Shown: piece after piece, positions 1 through 12,838 of the stretch
How positions within the stretch are numbered: position 1 is the first letter of the stretch
How the letters are laid out: each line of letters starts with the position of its first letter
Source: Coniocarpon cinnabarinum
Lineage: Eukaryota
DNA length: 64,000 nucleotides
Reading direction: 5' to 3'
NCBI GenBank assembly: GCA_051942205.1
Contig: JAVECO010000077.1
Coordinates: 1-64,000, forward strand
Made by a program: the position numbers and the translations under genes
Notes under the pieces: generated by a model
The model's input: the letters and a program-made list of their open reading frames with translations, nothing else
The model's database searches: none
Told to the model about the DNA's origin: nothing

Positions 1-32
1 CCCCCCCCCCCACATCACCAAAGTAGCAACTC

Positions 33-326
33 TCAAGAAGCCTTAACAGACTGTCCCCGAAAGCCGACAGCCACACACTCATCCTGGCTAGTCGTGCTAA
101 ACGTCTTCCCCTTACAGCTCGCCCCTTCATACACCGTGAGCGTCAACCCCTTGTTGCTATCGTACCGGACGCTATCGCCCGTGATGAAGTTCTGGCATTT
201 GTTGTTGCCTGATTCGCCGTAGTTGTGGTACGCGCCCGTGTTGCAGTTGGTCACGGAGAAGGCGGTGATGGCTGTGGGGCCCAGGAAGAGGGCTGCTGCC
301 ATGATGGAGGCGTATGAGAATTGCAT
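33..326 (-). CDS. Small secreted cysteine-containing protein (97 aa), effector-like
   Basis: Single-exon ATG ORF with hydrophobic signal peptide (MQFSYASIMAAALFLGPTAITA); mature part ~75 aa with 4 Cys. Confidence 0.75.
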   Translation of the reverse strand: MQFSYASIMAAALFLGPTAITAFSVTNCNTGAYHNYGESGNNKCQNFITGDSVRYDSNKGLTLTVYEGASCKGKTFSTTSQDECVAVGFRGQSVKAS

Positions 327-1900
327 GGTGATGATGGACTTTGGGGGATCAGTTGGTGAGGAAAGGTGGCGGGGAGCTTGGGTGGGGTTGAGAGGGACGT
401 ACTTGATTTTGAATGAATTGAAGGTTGAAGTAATTCTGAAGGGGCTTTGAATGTTCTAACTGACAGAGCTTGCTTGGGGCAATGATACTCTCCAACCAGA
501 GAGAACGCGGTCTCTTTATATCCTCTCAACTTCGATTGATCGCTTAGCTCGGAGTCAATGGACGTGACGTCGCAACCTTCGATATTCACCGCCATGAGGC
601 AGACTCAGGTATCGCATCTGCTGCTACGAGGCATCCAGATCCTTGAGCGCGGAGAAGGAGCTTTTTCTCCTCTTTTCTTCGTAGATGCGCTGTTTGCGGC
701 CTGACTGCTCGAATCTGTATCACCTTCGCATGCTTCCCTCCAAACGCGATCATACTGCCCTGCCATTCTACATGATATCACACAGTGCCACGAGAAGTCC
801 GAGGCGCTGGAGGAGGATCAAGACTCCACCGTCTCTCATTTTCGATATCGGGAACGGAGAGCGCGATCAATGTCGTTGATTGAAACTGCTGTTGTTCCTT
901 TTTACTACGTTCTGCTGTTCAGGACCTCACTCGCCCATTTGACTTGCTACTAGAACCTCATGGACCGTAGACATAACAGTGCCATAGAAAGCAGTCCAGG
1001 CAGTCTTCGAGCAAGTGGCAAAAAGACACATCCACAACAGCACTCTTAACGGACGCGTAATACTTCCAAAGACATCACGATGCCTCGAAGGATCGCAAGT
1101 TGCATTACGAGAACAAAAAAGTGTAGCCTATGATGAGTGAACAGTTCCCCTTGAGGGGCCGCTCATGCCGTCTTGTATTCCATCAGCTTGGCCTCATTGG
1201 CGAAGTCGCACCTCCACCGATGATAATACAAGCCCGGTATCGTCCCCAACTGCCTGTTTGAGCTGGATGCAATGGGTATGTATTTCTTCTGCAAATGTAA
1301 AGGATTCCGTACCGACTCGATTGGTCGTTCCGTGCAGCTCGGTATTATCGGACTTTGAGTGGAGCCGATGTGTTACACAGCCCGAGTGCGCGAGCTCGAT
1401 GTCTGTCTTTACGGACGGGATTTGGGAATAGACGAGGATCTTCTTGTAAAGACGATTGCAGCTTCTTGGATTCGGGAGAAGGAGAGTAGCGATTTCTTGT
1501 ATTGTCCCCTTCCCAAAAGCCTCGTGTATGCCTCCTAGTTGACTTATTTGTAAAGCATTTCGACAGAACGACAGGCGAAACAGCTGACTACAGGTGTGGC
1601 AGCCGCATTTAGTGGGAGAGCTGAAACATACAGTGGTGTCATGATGAAATACTCCTCATGGCTACAGGACGGAACGAACCAATCATATTCTTCCACGCTG
1701 CCAAGTATCTCGAAAGTCCCCGACAGAGGATTGGCTAGGAAGTTTGCGTCGACGCTCAGCTGTTACACCCAGAAACAGGGCAGCTATACAATACATCATG
1801 GCCGTGGAGATGCTTTCTATTCTGTTCTTTTCAGTGAAATAGTTCAGTCCCACGCTGCTATATACTATACTTCTCATGTAACTGTCCCAGAACAGCTCCT

Positions 1901-4053
1901 CTAGACGGATCCACTTCTCTTGAACCACAATGCGACCAAGAATGCGAGAATGGCAGCCATTACATGCATCCAGCTCACGTTTGCGTCTCGCATCTGATCC
2001 ATTTCTCCCAGCATCCGACTTCTTGACTTCACAGCTCCACTCACAGCTCCATTCGCACTCCCATTTATCGTCCCGTTTCCCTCCTTCCTCTCAGTCCCTT
2101 CGTCCGTCTCTTTCCCCTGTCCTGGCCCATCCGCCCACGGCCTCCCCCACCGCTCGTAATTCTCCCCACTCCATTCACCCCACGGCTTCTCCACATTCAA
2201 CCCCTCACAAACCTGATCCGCCACTAATCGCGCACCTGCAAGCACAATCGGCACGCCCGTGCCTGGATGCGTACTCGCGCCTACGAAATGCAGACCCTTG
2301 ATACTCGCATGCTTCGTCGCCGGCCGGAAACACAACACGTTGAAGAAGGAGTGACTCAGGCCCAATATCGCGCCTTTGTCGAGGTTGAACTTGTCGCGCC
2401 AGGTGTGTGGCGTGTTCAGTGTTTCATGCGTGATATGCTCTCGAATCTTGACATTCAGCCGAGTTTCCATGGTATCTAAAATAGCGTTACGAGCGCGGTC
2501 AACAAGATTGTTCCATTCCTGTTGCGTTCTTGGATTGAGTCCCTTTTTAGCACCAATGCCGAGGAAGCCGTTCGCGGCTTTGTCCTCGTCGATGAGATGG
2601 CCAACAGGACAAAGAACAGAGACTGTGTCTTTACCAGCTGGTGCGGCGGTCGGATCAACGCGGGAAGGGACGTTGACATAAAAAGATGGCTCGGTGGGGA
2701 GATCTTGGTCGTGGAAGATTTGGTCGAAGGATTCGCGGTAGTGTTGTGCAAGGAAGATGTTGTGGGTTTTGAGAGCAGGGATGGTGGTGTCGAGGGCCCA
2801 GTAGAAGGAGAGGGAGGAGCAAGACGTCGGGCGGGATTTGAGGGATGTGGTTGTAGATGATGGGGGAAGGAGGGAAGAGTAGGTGTAGGTGAGGTCAGGG
2901 TTTGCTACTATTGTAGGGGCGTGCTTGGGGTGGTCAGCTTCGGTGTAACATGGAGATGATTGTCCGCTTGATGTAGAGGGGAGTCGTGGATGATAGGGGC
3001 ACGAGAAGGAAGAGGGGAACATACGAGCTTCGTGCCGTCGTCGAGGGTGACGCCGGTAGTATGGATGCCGGAGTCGTCCGTGTCGATGGAGGTTACAGAT
3101 GTGCCAAGTCTGTATTCAACACCAAGGCGGCGGCCGATCTCTGCCAATTTTTGAGGTATCTGTAGCCAGTTAGCACATGTATTGAAATCTACTCAATACC
3201 AGCGCAAGCCACACTCACCACGTTGAAGCCACCCTCGGGGTACCATATTCCCTCAGCAAGCTCCGTGTATTGCAACAAGCTATACGTTCCCGGCGCCTCA
3301 TAGGGACTCATTCCCATATACATGCTCCCAAACGTGAAGACACGCCTTAGCCTTTCTGTACCAAAGTACTTACTCGCCCGTGTCCAAATGCTCTCAAACG
3401 GATGCAGCCGTAACAGGTTTCGCAAGAAGCCCCACCGCAGCATGCTGAGGTAGCTCTCGAATGTGCGATGCAAGACATGGACGACAGAGGCTTCGTAGTG
3501 GTCATGCGACTCTTGCAAGAAAGCGAGGTACTGCCTAAAGCCCGCCTTACCTTCGTAGGCTTCGATTTCACGCTTCATGGTGGCGAGGTCTGAGGACAGG
3601 GTGAAGGCATGGCCGTCATGGAAGTGAATGCGGTAGTTCGGATCGCACTTGTGGAGGCGAATTTCTTCGCTGTGGAGAGAGGTGCCGAGGTCATGGAAGG
3701 TTTCTTCGAAGAGGCCAGGGAGCAGGAGTAAAGAAGGGCCTTGGTCGAACCGCTGAACGGAGGTTAGAAGTTGGCGGTGCACATGCCATGTAGCAGAGCG
3801 TTCGACACGGTAATTTTGGATATAAGAAGACTTACGTGGCCGTCATGGTGCAATAATGAGCAGCGTCCGCCTACGAATTCATTCTTTTCAACGACACTGA
3901 CTTTGAATCCGGCTTTAGCAAGGCGAGCGGCGGTGGCGACTCCGCCTATTCCAGCACCTACGATGTATGAATACAGCAGAACTTGGCTAGAGTCACCTGT
4001 CACTACTTACCTATAACGATGACATTTCGATTGTCAGTAGAACCTTGGGACAT
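1901..4053 (-). CDS. carB: Phytoene desaturase (CrtI/al-1 type), 5 exons
   Basis: Spliced N-terminus MSQGSTDNRNVIVIG|AGIGG (FAD-binding motif); RFDQGPSLLL, FGSMYMGMSP, YTELAEGIWYPEGG, PSFYVNVPSRVDP, GASTHPGTGVP; C-terminal hydrophobic tail. Introns ~4010-3958, 3835-3753, 3218-3160, 3024-~2924. Confidence 0.97.
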
Positions 4054-4760
4054 GTTTTGATGAAATATGTTGATGTAGCTGCAAGGACACCTACTGTTTT
4101 GCAGTGTCACGAAATGTCAACGCCACCCTGTTGTTACCGAGCGATTGATCAGATCTGGCGCTGGGATCGCCAAGAGCTGGTGCTTTTTTCTGGTGACTTG
4201 AGGAAGCGTGTCTTATCTATTGGTTGTCATATGTATGTCAAGACTCGGCGTTATGGTGGTTTCACATGTATGCTCGTCTGCTTGCAAAGTCACGCTTCCG
4301 TTGCACAGTGCCCACCTCGTATACGTGGCAGAACTCATAAAAACCCACAGATCGCCCTAGTTTTTCTCAAACAGATCCAAATGTCCAATCATGGTGGAAA
4401 GCATCCCAGTGTATACGACTGGGATGTCGCCGAATTGAGCTCCTATTCTACAGGTTAATAGCCTTCTTTCATGCCGCCATTTTTGACGCCATCCGACTGA
4501 AAGCTTCCCCATCGTACGTGCAATGTAACCTTTGTTCACATGTTCAAAGAACTCTTTCCTTGCCAATGCGGTTGTTCATGGTGTTGCGCGGATGAACTGT
4601 CCACATGAACCGCTTTAAACAAAGCGTGCTCTTGGATAGACAATGTGGTCACGAGCCAACTTTCTTGATTAAGCGGACCCACGAGCAGCGAGCAGCATAT
4701 TGTACAGGGGAGTTCTGTATGGCCAATGCTCGCGTCATGTATCTGTATTATTTTGGGTAT

Positions 4761-6794
4761 CTAAGAGCCTCCATGCATCAATGCTCTCACGGCGGTCCTG
4801 ACGCGCCGCCACAACGGCACCGTCGCTCGACCGGGCTGCACCATGTACCTTTTGTCCATCAGCCTTCGGCCAATCTCCATGTAGCTCTCCACGGCGACGC
4901 GCATAGGGCCTTTAGCTTCGATTGGAAGCAATGCTATCGCTGGACGAGCTTCCTCGTACAGCGCGAATGCCTGATCCAAAAGTCTCACGCGGAGTTGACT
5001 CAATGATGGCAAGAGAGGATTCTGCAAGACGGCTTTTGGTGTCAAGTCATGTTCCTTGAGCCAGTCGGTCGGTAAGTACACTCGTCCCATTTCCGCATCC
5101 ACCTGGACGTCGCGCGTGATATTGACTGTTTGCAGTGCCTTACCCATAGTGTTTCCCGCAGCTCGTATGTGATTTTTTTGCTCATCGGTAAGCTCTTGGC
5201 CATGATAGTAAAAGACGAGGTCTAAACAGAGTTCTGCAACAGTGCCTGCGACACCGTAGCCATATTGCATCAGATCGGATACATTCTTGATTGGCCAGTG
5301 GCCTGAACCACTGGTGCCGAGCTCATCAAACTGCAGATCTGTTTCAAATCCATGTAGGAGGTCTTGTAGAGGTCGTCGGGACAATTTTTCCAACGGCAGA
5401 CCAATGAGCGCATGTCGAGCGTATTGCGGGAACTGAGACGACCGTTTGCGGCGTTCGGCTTCGCTCGGGTCTTTAAGCGTCTCGTCGAGAAACTCCCTCA
5501 AGCGACTGATCCACGCACGCGCCTCGGCTGTGGACTCTGCGCTGTCAACGAGGTCATCTGCAACTCTACAAAACGAGTAGAGTCGGATCAGCTCGATCCG
5601 CAGCGGTCCGTCAAAAGTGGCACTCGCGAGGTAAAAGCTTCGACTTTTTTGCCGCAAACGGGCAACTGCCTGTTGCAGACTTCGTATGCGCCCAGCATCG
5701 TAGCTCGAATGCCCACTGAGGAGAGAGGTATTGGCAAGTAAGATTCGAACAGCTTTCACCGGAGACGGATATGACGTGCCAGGAGCAAGCTCGGGGTACG
5801 TGTGTATTAGAGTTAATGTGTAGTCAAAAGCGATCTGTCCGAAGACGACCATGCAGTTAGTTATGAGGAAGAAGAACGCTTCCCTGTAGCGGCTGTCAGC
5901 ATCATCTTCCCTTGCTAGGCGCGTGCCGCGGTTCGGGACAACATACTCGAAATCCAGCCCCTGCCATAGCTCAATGTTCAGTACAGTGTCTTTCTCGATG
6001 ATCCAAGTTCCACGACGCAATGCAAGTGTGTCAACGATCCAGAGATACAGCGTGGGTATCAATATGGGGAGGAACAAATTGGTGAGAGGCAGTCTCAGCG
6101 CAAAGTTACAAGATAGGTGCCTGGCGTCATTAGCCTGTGCAGATACGCCGGAGCACCCGTGATTGGTTGATCACTTACCATAGAAGTAATACGAATGGAC
6201 AAGCCCATGACAGAATTAGCCCCAGATATGTTCCGGAACCTCCTGCTCGAACAAGCTGATTACCCTTCCAAATGCCGAGCGCGAACAGACCTCTGCCCAA
6301 GTACGCAGCAAGCTGCAGAGCAACAGTCCTTGTTTGACTACTTTTCAAATCTTCATGTGGCAGACGCGCCGGCTTAAAGGTCGGTCTGCTGATGATGATG
6401 TATAAAAGCGAGGTGAGATATGTTTGGATCACGAAGAAGAAGAGCTCTTCGACCGGAATGCGTAACAACGTTGGGCCGAGGACAGCATCTTGCGGATAGT
6501 TCCAGATGTTGGTGTGGATTAGGTAGGAGTCCCATGGGATTGTGGAGACGACGGCTACCTGGGCAATTAGATGTGCTGCGTGTGGACAAGACGTGGGGAC
6601 GCGGTACCAACGGTGATGAGGAAACAGATCTTGTAGAAATCAAGGCGAGTGAAGAGCGGACGGTAGAGGAGGGTCAAGAGAACCGAAGGCGGAATGGTGT
6701 ACTTGAGATGTCTATTGCTGATCAGTCTCACATGCAGCTCGGCGTTGAGCCAATGCGCGCGGATGACGTACACGAGGGCATAGTCAAGTCCCAT
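4761..6794 (-). CDS. carRA: Bifunctional lycopene cyclase/phytoene synthase (al-2 type)
   Basis: Cyclase domain [35 protein letters not shown]; synthase domain [48 protein letters not shown] introns join the ORF pieces. Confidence 0.96.
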
Positions 6795-7790
6795 AGCTTA
6801 GTCGCTCATGCGGACACCGGAGGTGCTCAAGGACGAGGACGGGTATTCATATTGTCCTGGCATGCGATTTCAAAGAATGGGTTGACCCGACGAGCATGAT
6901 TGCCAGTGGGAGATGCGCACGCCGACAGGTGAGGCAGTGTTGCCCACGGAGCTTGTGTTGCCCGGCGAGGGTCTGAGGTGCACAACACGGCGCGGTCACT
7001 CCCAAACGATAGCACAGACGGAAGCATATACCTCACACACATTTTCGGCGCAGCTTTGGCGCTACTCACGCTACCTACCTTGGTACCCTTGCCAAGCTTT
7101 CTGTCAGATCTTGCAGCAATGAGCCTGAGAGGACGACTGCGAGCCTGCAATCTTCCAGCCTTGCAAGGGCAATATCGATCATTGTGGTGCGCTCACTGTT
7201 GGCGACTGCCGTAGTTTCGAGTGGCCTGGTAAGTCAGGCACGGCTCGGCAGTTCGGTCCAGGCACGATCGCGATCGCAGGGATGGGCCGAGTGAGAAAAG
7301 AGGGGAGAGGAGGAGTGGCGGCGCTACTGCACGAGCCCAAGACGAGAACGCTGGCGGTGGATCATACCTAACATCAAGGCAACACCCGACTGTGCGGGAG
7401 CGAGTGGCCCAAGCTCCCTGCAGCCTAGGTAGGGCCAGCGTGCTCCTGACGTCAAACAACTTGACTGACGGTGCAACAATTGGACACGCCGCCTCCCCAT
7501 TGCTCCCATTCGAGAGCTTGCACGTGAAGCTCCTCCATCCTGCTGCATCCGACGTTTACGTAGACGAACCAGGTGTGGCGTCCGAGGCCCGTCAGTTGAT
7601 TCCACTCTTGATTCCAAACTCGTATTCCACAACCGGCTGGTCAGCGTCTCGTGTTGGGCATGGCACTGGAGAGCTGGCCTCTTCACCCTTGAACTACTTA
7701 ATCTGCAGACAAACACACCTCAAGCCCCCTCAAAAGTTGTGAGCCTGCCAAGCAGCTTTGCCTCACCGCGCTCCAATCTCGACCTCAGCC
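6795..7790. promoter_or_regulatory. Divergent carRA/carX promoter region
   Basis: Head-to-head start codons ~1 kb apart; contains the palindrome CGATCGCGATCG (7265-7276) and a TGACGTCA CRE/ATF-type site (7447-7454). Confidence 0.6.
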
Positions 7791-9892
7791 ATGTTGGGCA
7801 AGAGAAAGCGCGGAGAAAGGCATCCGTGAGTAATTCACGCCCGTGGGTGACAGTAGACACCGAAGGCTCACTCGAGTACAGATACCTCTCTGGCAACTTC
7901 GCTCCGCAGCAGAAGACACTTCCGCTCACGCCATGCTCTTATGTCGGCACAATCCCCTCAGAACTGTTGGGAGGTCAATACGTGCGGAATGGCAGCAACC
8001 CGGTCAAGAATGAGGACCTTGGCAGAGATGCCCATTGGTTCGATGGCGACGGCATGCTCAGTGGCGTTTATTTCACCAAGGACGTTACTGCAAAAGACGG
8101 TGTCCGACCGGAATTTGTCAATCAATATATTCTCACCGACATTTTCCTTAGCAGCATCACCACACCTACGTTGAAGCGCCCCGCACTCCCGAGTATCACC
8201 ACACTATCGAATCCATTCAGCTCTTTGCTGAGATTATGCTGGGTGATCCTGCGCGCAGTATTCCTCACCCTCCTTTCACGCCTTCCTGGTTCTGCACAGT
8301 CAATTGAAAAGATCAGCGTCGCAAACACATCAGTTCTATACCACGATGGCCGAGCACTGGCGACCTGCGAGAGTGGGCCGCCTCTGCGAGTGCAGCTGCC
8401 GGCGTTGGAAACGGTCGGCTGGTATAACGGACAGCGAGCAGAAGGCGAGCCGAAATCAGAAACACAGCATCAAGATGGCCAGGTCTTAGGCGGTGAAGGT
8501 GTCCTGAGCTTCATGCGGGAGTGGACCACCGCACACCCCAAAGTCGATCCCACGACAGGCGAAATGTTCATGTTTCATTGCACGCCCCTCCCGCCATATG
8601 TGCACTATACAACAATTCCTTCTCAAAATTCCCAAGCATCCCCGGCACGCATGAACGTGCCCCTACCCGGTGTCTCGTCTGCGAAGATGATGCATGATTT
8701 TGGCGTTAGTCGAGAACACACCGTTATCATGGATCTGCCTCTATCATTGGATCCACTTCAGCTACTTAAGAACAACCCAGTCATCAGCTATGACTCTACC
8801 AAGCCGTCACGTTTTGGCGTCTTCCCCCGCAGTCAACCAGACGAAGTTCGATGGTTCGAGACTATCGCCTGCTGCATCTTCCATACAGCGAACACATGGG
8901 AGACCTATGACACGGCTGGCACGCTTCGAAATGTCAACTTGCTAGCCTGTCGCCTCACTTCTGCAGCCGTCGTTTTCACAGCTGGAAATATCAAAGGACC
9001 TCGGCCTACGCAAAACACTGTCCGCAACGTGAAGAGGGCACATCGAAAGAGCTCATATGACAAAGTCTCCCAGCTAGAATCGACTGAAGAGAAGGAGCGA
9101 CTGATCGCCCACGAAAGTGGCGAGGAATATGGCACATTCAATCTTGCTGACGAGGAAGATGATCAATGTCGCCTGTACTACTACAGTTTCGACATGGTCT
9201 CGCAGGAGAATAGAGTCGCACATCAATTCGCGCTCTCGCCGATTCCCTTCGAGTTCCCGTCCACCCATCCGGCGTGTGCTATGGAAGCAGCTACCTTTGT
9301 GTATGGATGCTCCTCCACCATCAACAGCTTCAACCCAAGTCTTGGGCGAGCTTCGCTTATCGACTGCCTCGTCAAGTTTAATGTCCCCTCCCTCATCGCT
9401 CGTGGAAAGAGCGAACGCACTGGAATCACTGATTGTGTTGATTGGAGGAATGTGACAGATGTTTTGAAGGAGCAGCACGCCCGCGACGGCCAGTGCCAAG
9501 GCGACGTGCAGATCTTCAAATGTCCCGACAACGTCTTCACACAGGAGCCTCGATTTGTGCCTCGTGAAAACGCGAAGACCGAAGATGATGGCTATCTGGT
9601 CTTCTATACTTTTGATGAGACGCAACTCGACCAGGAAGGGGCAGTCAAGCCTGGAGCCGTGAGCGAGCTTTGGGTCATTGATGCCCTTGACATGAAGACT
9701 GTCATCGCAAAGATCAGACTACCACAACGAGTGCCCTATGGTTTACATGGCAGCTGGTTCCCTGAAGGCCAGCTCAATGCACAACGTCCAGTGCAGAACA
9801 CCCGACAGATGCCACAGCCTCGACGGCTAACAGTTTCTGAACGACTGGGGCGCAAATTCATCGATTCGGCTGTCTCGGCGCTTGGTGGCTAG
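7791..9892 (+). CDS. carX: Carotenoid cleavage oxygenase (retinal-forming, RPE65 family)
   Basis: Start re-called at ATG 7791: MLGKRKRGERHP|YLSGNFAP with intron 7826-7881; HWFDGDGM; four iron-ligand His motifs TTAHPK, MMHDF, IFHTAN, YGLHG. Confidence 0.95.
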
Positions 9893-11833
9893 GAAGAGGA
9901 CGCGAGAAATCAAAAGACCGATCCGCTCAATCTGTTTCACCTATAATTGTACACACCGTTGCTTCGCGTTCAAGATACCCCAAATGTATATACAGCAAGC
10001 TCATTGCACATATCGACATCGCCAATGATAACCCTTCTCACATTCGATGCTTCTCATGCAGAACAAAGCCTCAGGATGCATTAAAAAAGCAAAGTCTCAC
10101 CGCATTAGGAGAATACATTGGGCTGCACCCCGCACTACCTGCACTATAGCAGTGATCGTGCAGCAATGCGAAGCAGCAGACGACACACTCGTTCGGACAA
10201 CTCCGTCTAAGCCGACGACATCGACGCATTGACGTTCCCAAGTATCTGGGCAACGTACGGCAGCATATGATCGTCAGATTAACATTTCCAGCTTTTGAGC
10301 CAATATCTTGTTTTATGCCTGTTTTCGTGCACAGACAGACAGACACGGGCCTGACCGGATGGCATAACGCCACACGGGCTGTAGCCCGAAATTGCGCCGA
10401 AATGTCGTCAACGAATTCACATCTACATGCATCCTACGGATGCTGGTCGGAAGTTTTCTGTCTAGTCCATGCAGTGCCTATGGACCTGTTAGCTGCTCGG
10501 CCTTGGCGTCTGAAAGTCGCGACGCGACTTTCGCGACATTGTAAATTTGTTCTGCGTTGTGTCATGTGATCGTTCTGCGCTTGGGACACTTCTAGCGCGC
10601 GATTATCGACATTCGAGCATGGGAATGTTTTGCCGGACACCTCAGCATAGACCTCTGCTACATACAGTCCTGCTAGTACCATCGTTGACTGACTGCTGTG
10701 CACCGACAATCAGGACTCAGAACCCGCGCTCTCTCTTAGCGCCGTCAGGAGTGAGCAAGAGTCTAGACGCTCGTGGTCAGACCAAGCTTTTCCCGTTACA
10801 AACCCAAGTGTTGGTAGCGAGTCAGATCCAGCCAAGTTGATTTGCGATCGGAAGTGCAACGGGCGCTAAATCTGCACCAGATCGCATCAATGAAAAACTT
10901 CGTGCAACGCCACAAGTCGATAAGGTCTACTCCAATTCACTTATTCCATTTTTTGATCACATTGAACGTCCCCAGCGGTCGTGCGAGAGAATTGAGTAAA
11001 AATGTGACATGTAGCGATCATGGACCTGTGTACTGGGAGGAGAGGAGAAGCTCCAATTGACCAGGGCCTGTAAGACATGGATCGCCGAGAAATGTGCTTG
11101 GGCCTCTAGCGCGTGAATTTCTCCAAATGTGCATGCAGCTCATTCACAGATCGCCCCTCGTGATGAGACGGACTAGGAACTAGTCAGCTGGAAACGGTTT
11201 AGACGCAGACGTGACAGACAGGCCTGTATCTGCCCTAGGCACCATTGTCATTTGGCAAAGCTTGGTGAGGAGTTCATTCACCTATGATCTGCTACACCCC
11301 TGTCGATATTGCTGACGCTGGTCGTGACAAGCTCGGTGTTTCAACGCACTTTTGCCACTGCGCTTGCATCTGGCCTCGCACACTCTCTCACTCCTTCTGC
11401 CGTTATAACCTAGAAGACATGGAAATGACATGAACGACCCGGCACCACGAGCAGTCCGAGGCGCTCCGTCGAGGGCGCGGGAGAGCAAGTGGAGCTCTGG
11501 CGGTTGGTATCTGGCGCGAAAGCCGATGCAAGATGGGCGCGAAACATGGGAAGACGGTTGAAGCTTGCCGGAGACCTTGTCCCAGATACATGGCCATGAT
11601 GTAATTCAACTGCTCCGAGTAATGCAGCTCAGGCCAGCACGCTGGTGTGCTGCGCGACGCTATTGCCGCAATCAAATAGCACATAACGCCCTTGCTTGCC
11701 CTCGTCCTGTTCACTCTGCTCATTCTTCCCCACGACAGTCTTGTCAAGATCAGCTTTCCCTTGTCAATAAGACATCGATATTGGTGTCTTGGATTGATTC
11801 ATCTGTCGCTTGACGTTGATTCATTTCGTCAAG

Positions 11834-12838
11834 ATGTCTTCGACACATCAGTACGCTGAGCGTGCTGGCAATGAGGCCCTCTCTGTCAACTGTCGGTCCG
11901 CTTAGTCCCTATTCATGCTTTGACTTAACTGACACATTGCAGTCCCTGGCAATTTCATCGCCAACCAAGGCACGGCTGACATCGCCATCACAACCCATGG
12001 TTCCGACTGGTACTGGGCGGTGACCGCCGTCATGGCCGTCTCGACCTTTGGCTTCATTGGCCTGAGCTACAGCAAGCCACGGACGCATCGTGTCTTCCAC
12101 TACATCACCGCGGCCATCACCATGGTTGCCTCCATCGCTTATTATTCCATGGCCTCCAACCTCGGCTGGACGCCCATCACCGTCGAGTTCGTGCGCAGCG
12201 CCGGCACCGTCGCCGGCTCCGCCCGTGAGATCTTCTACGTCCGCTACATCGATTGGGTCATCACGACGCCATTGCTGCTCATGGACTTACTCTTGACATC
12301 CGGCCTTCCCTGGCCCACCGTCCTTTACACGATCCTCATCGACGAGGTCATGATCATCACTGGTCTCTGCGGCGCCCTGACCTACAGCACCTACAAGTGG
12401 GGCTATTGGACTTTCGGCATGGCAGCCATGTTTTGGATCGGATATGTCCTCATTTTCGAAGCGCGCAAGCACGCCTACGCGCTCGGCTCAGACATCGGCA
12501 AGACGTTCCTCCTTTGCGGCACCTGGACCACGTTCCTCTGGTTCCTGTACCCCGTCGCGTGGGGTGTTAGCGAGGGTGGCAATGTCATTGCGCCTGACTC
12601 CGAGGCCGTGTTCTATGGTATCCTCGACCTGTGCGCGAAGCCCGTCTTCGGTGCGCTCCTCCTCTGGGGTCACCGAAACATCGACCCTGACCGACTGGGT
12701 CTGCGCATCCGTGATTCTGCGGAGACGGGTCTTGCGGCTGCTGAGAAGGGTCACCCCAGTGGCACGCATGAGCCTGTCACCAATGGCGCCACCGCCGCTA
12801 CAAATGGCAACACGACGTCCACGAGCGAGACCGTCTAA
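11834..12838 (+). CDS. carO: Fungal rhodopsin (CarO-like), probable light-driven proton pump
   Basis: Multi-TM opsin; GSDWYWAV, helix C RYIDWVITTPLLLMDL (D-T-D motif), helix G Schiff-base Lys in DLCAKPVFG; intron ~11892-11942. Confidence 0.95.

Noticed and set aside
7739..7790. ORF-track start of carX at 7739
   Set aside because: Non-ATG start that reads through an intron; ATG 7791 with intron 7826-7881 restores the expected HPYLSGNFAP.
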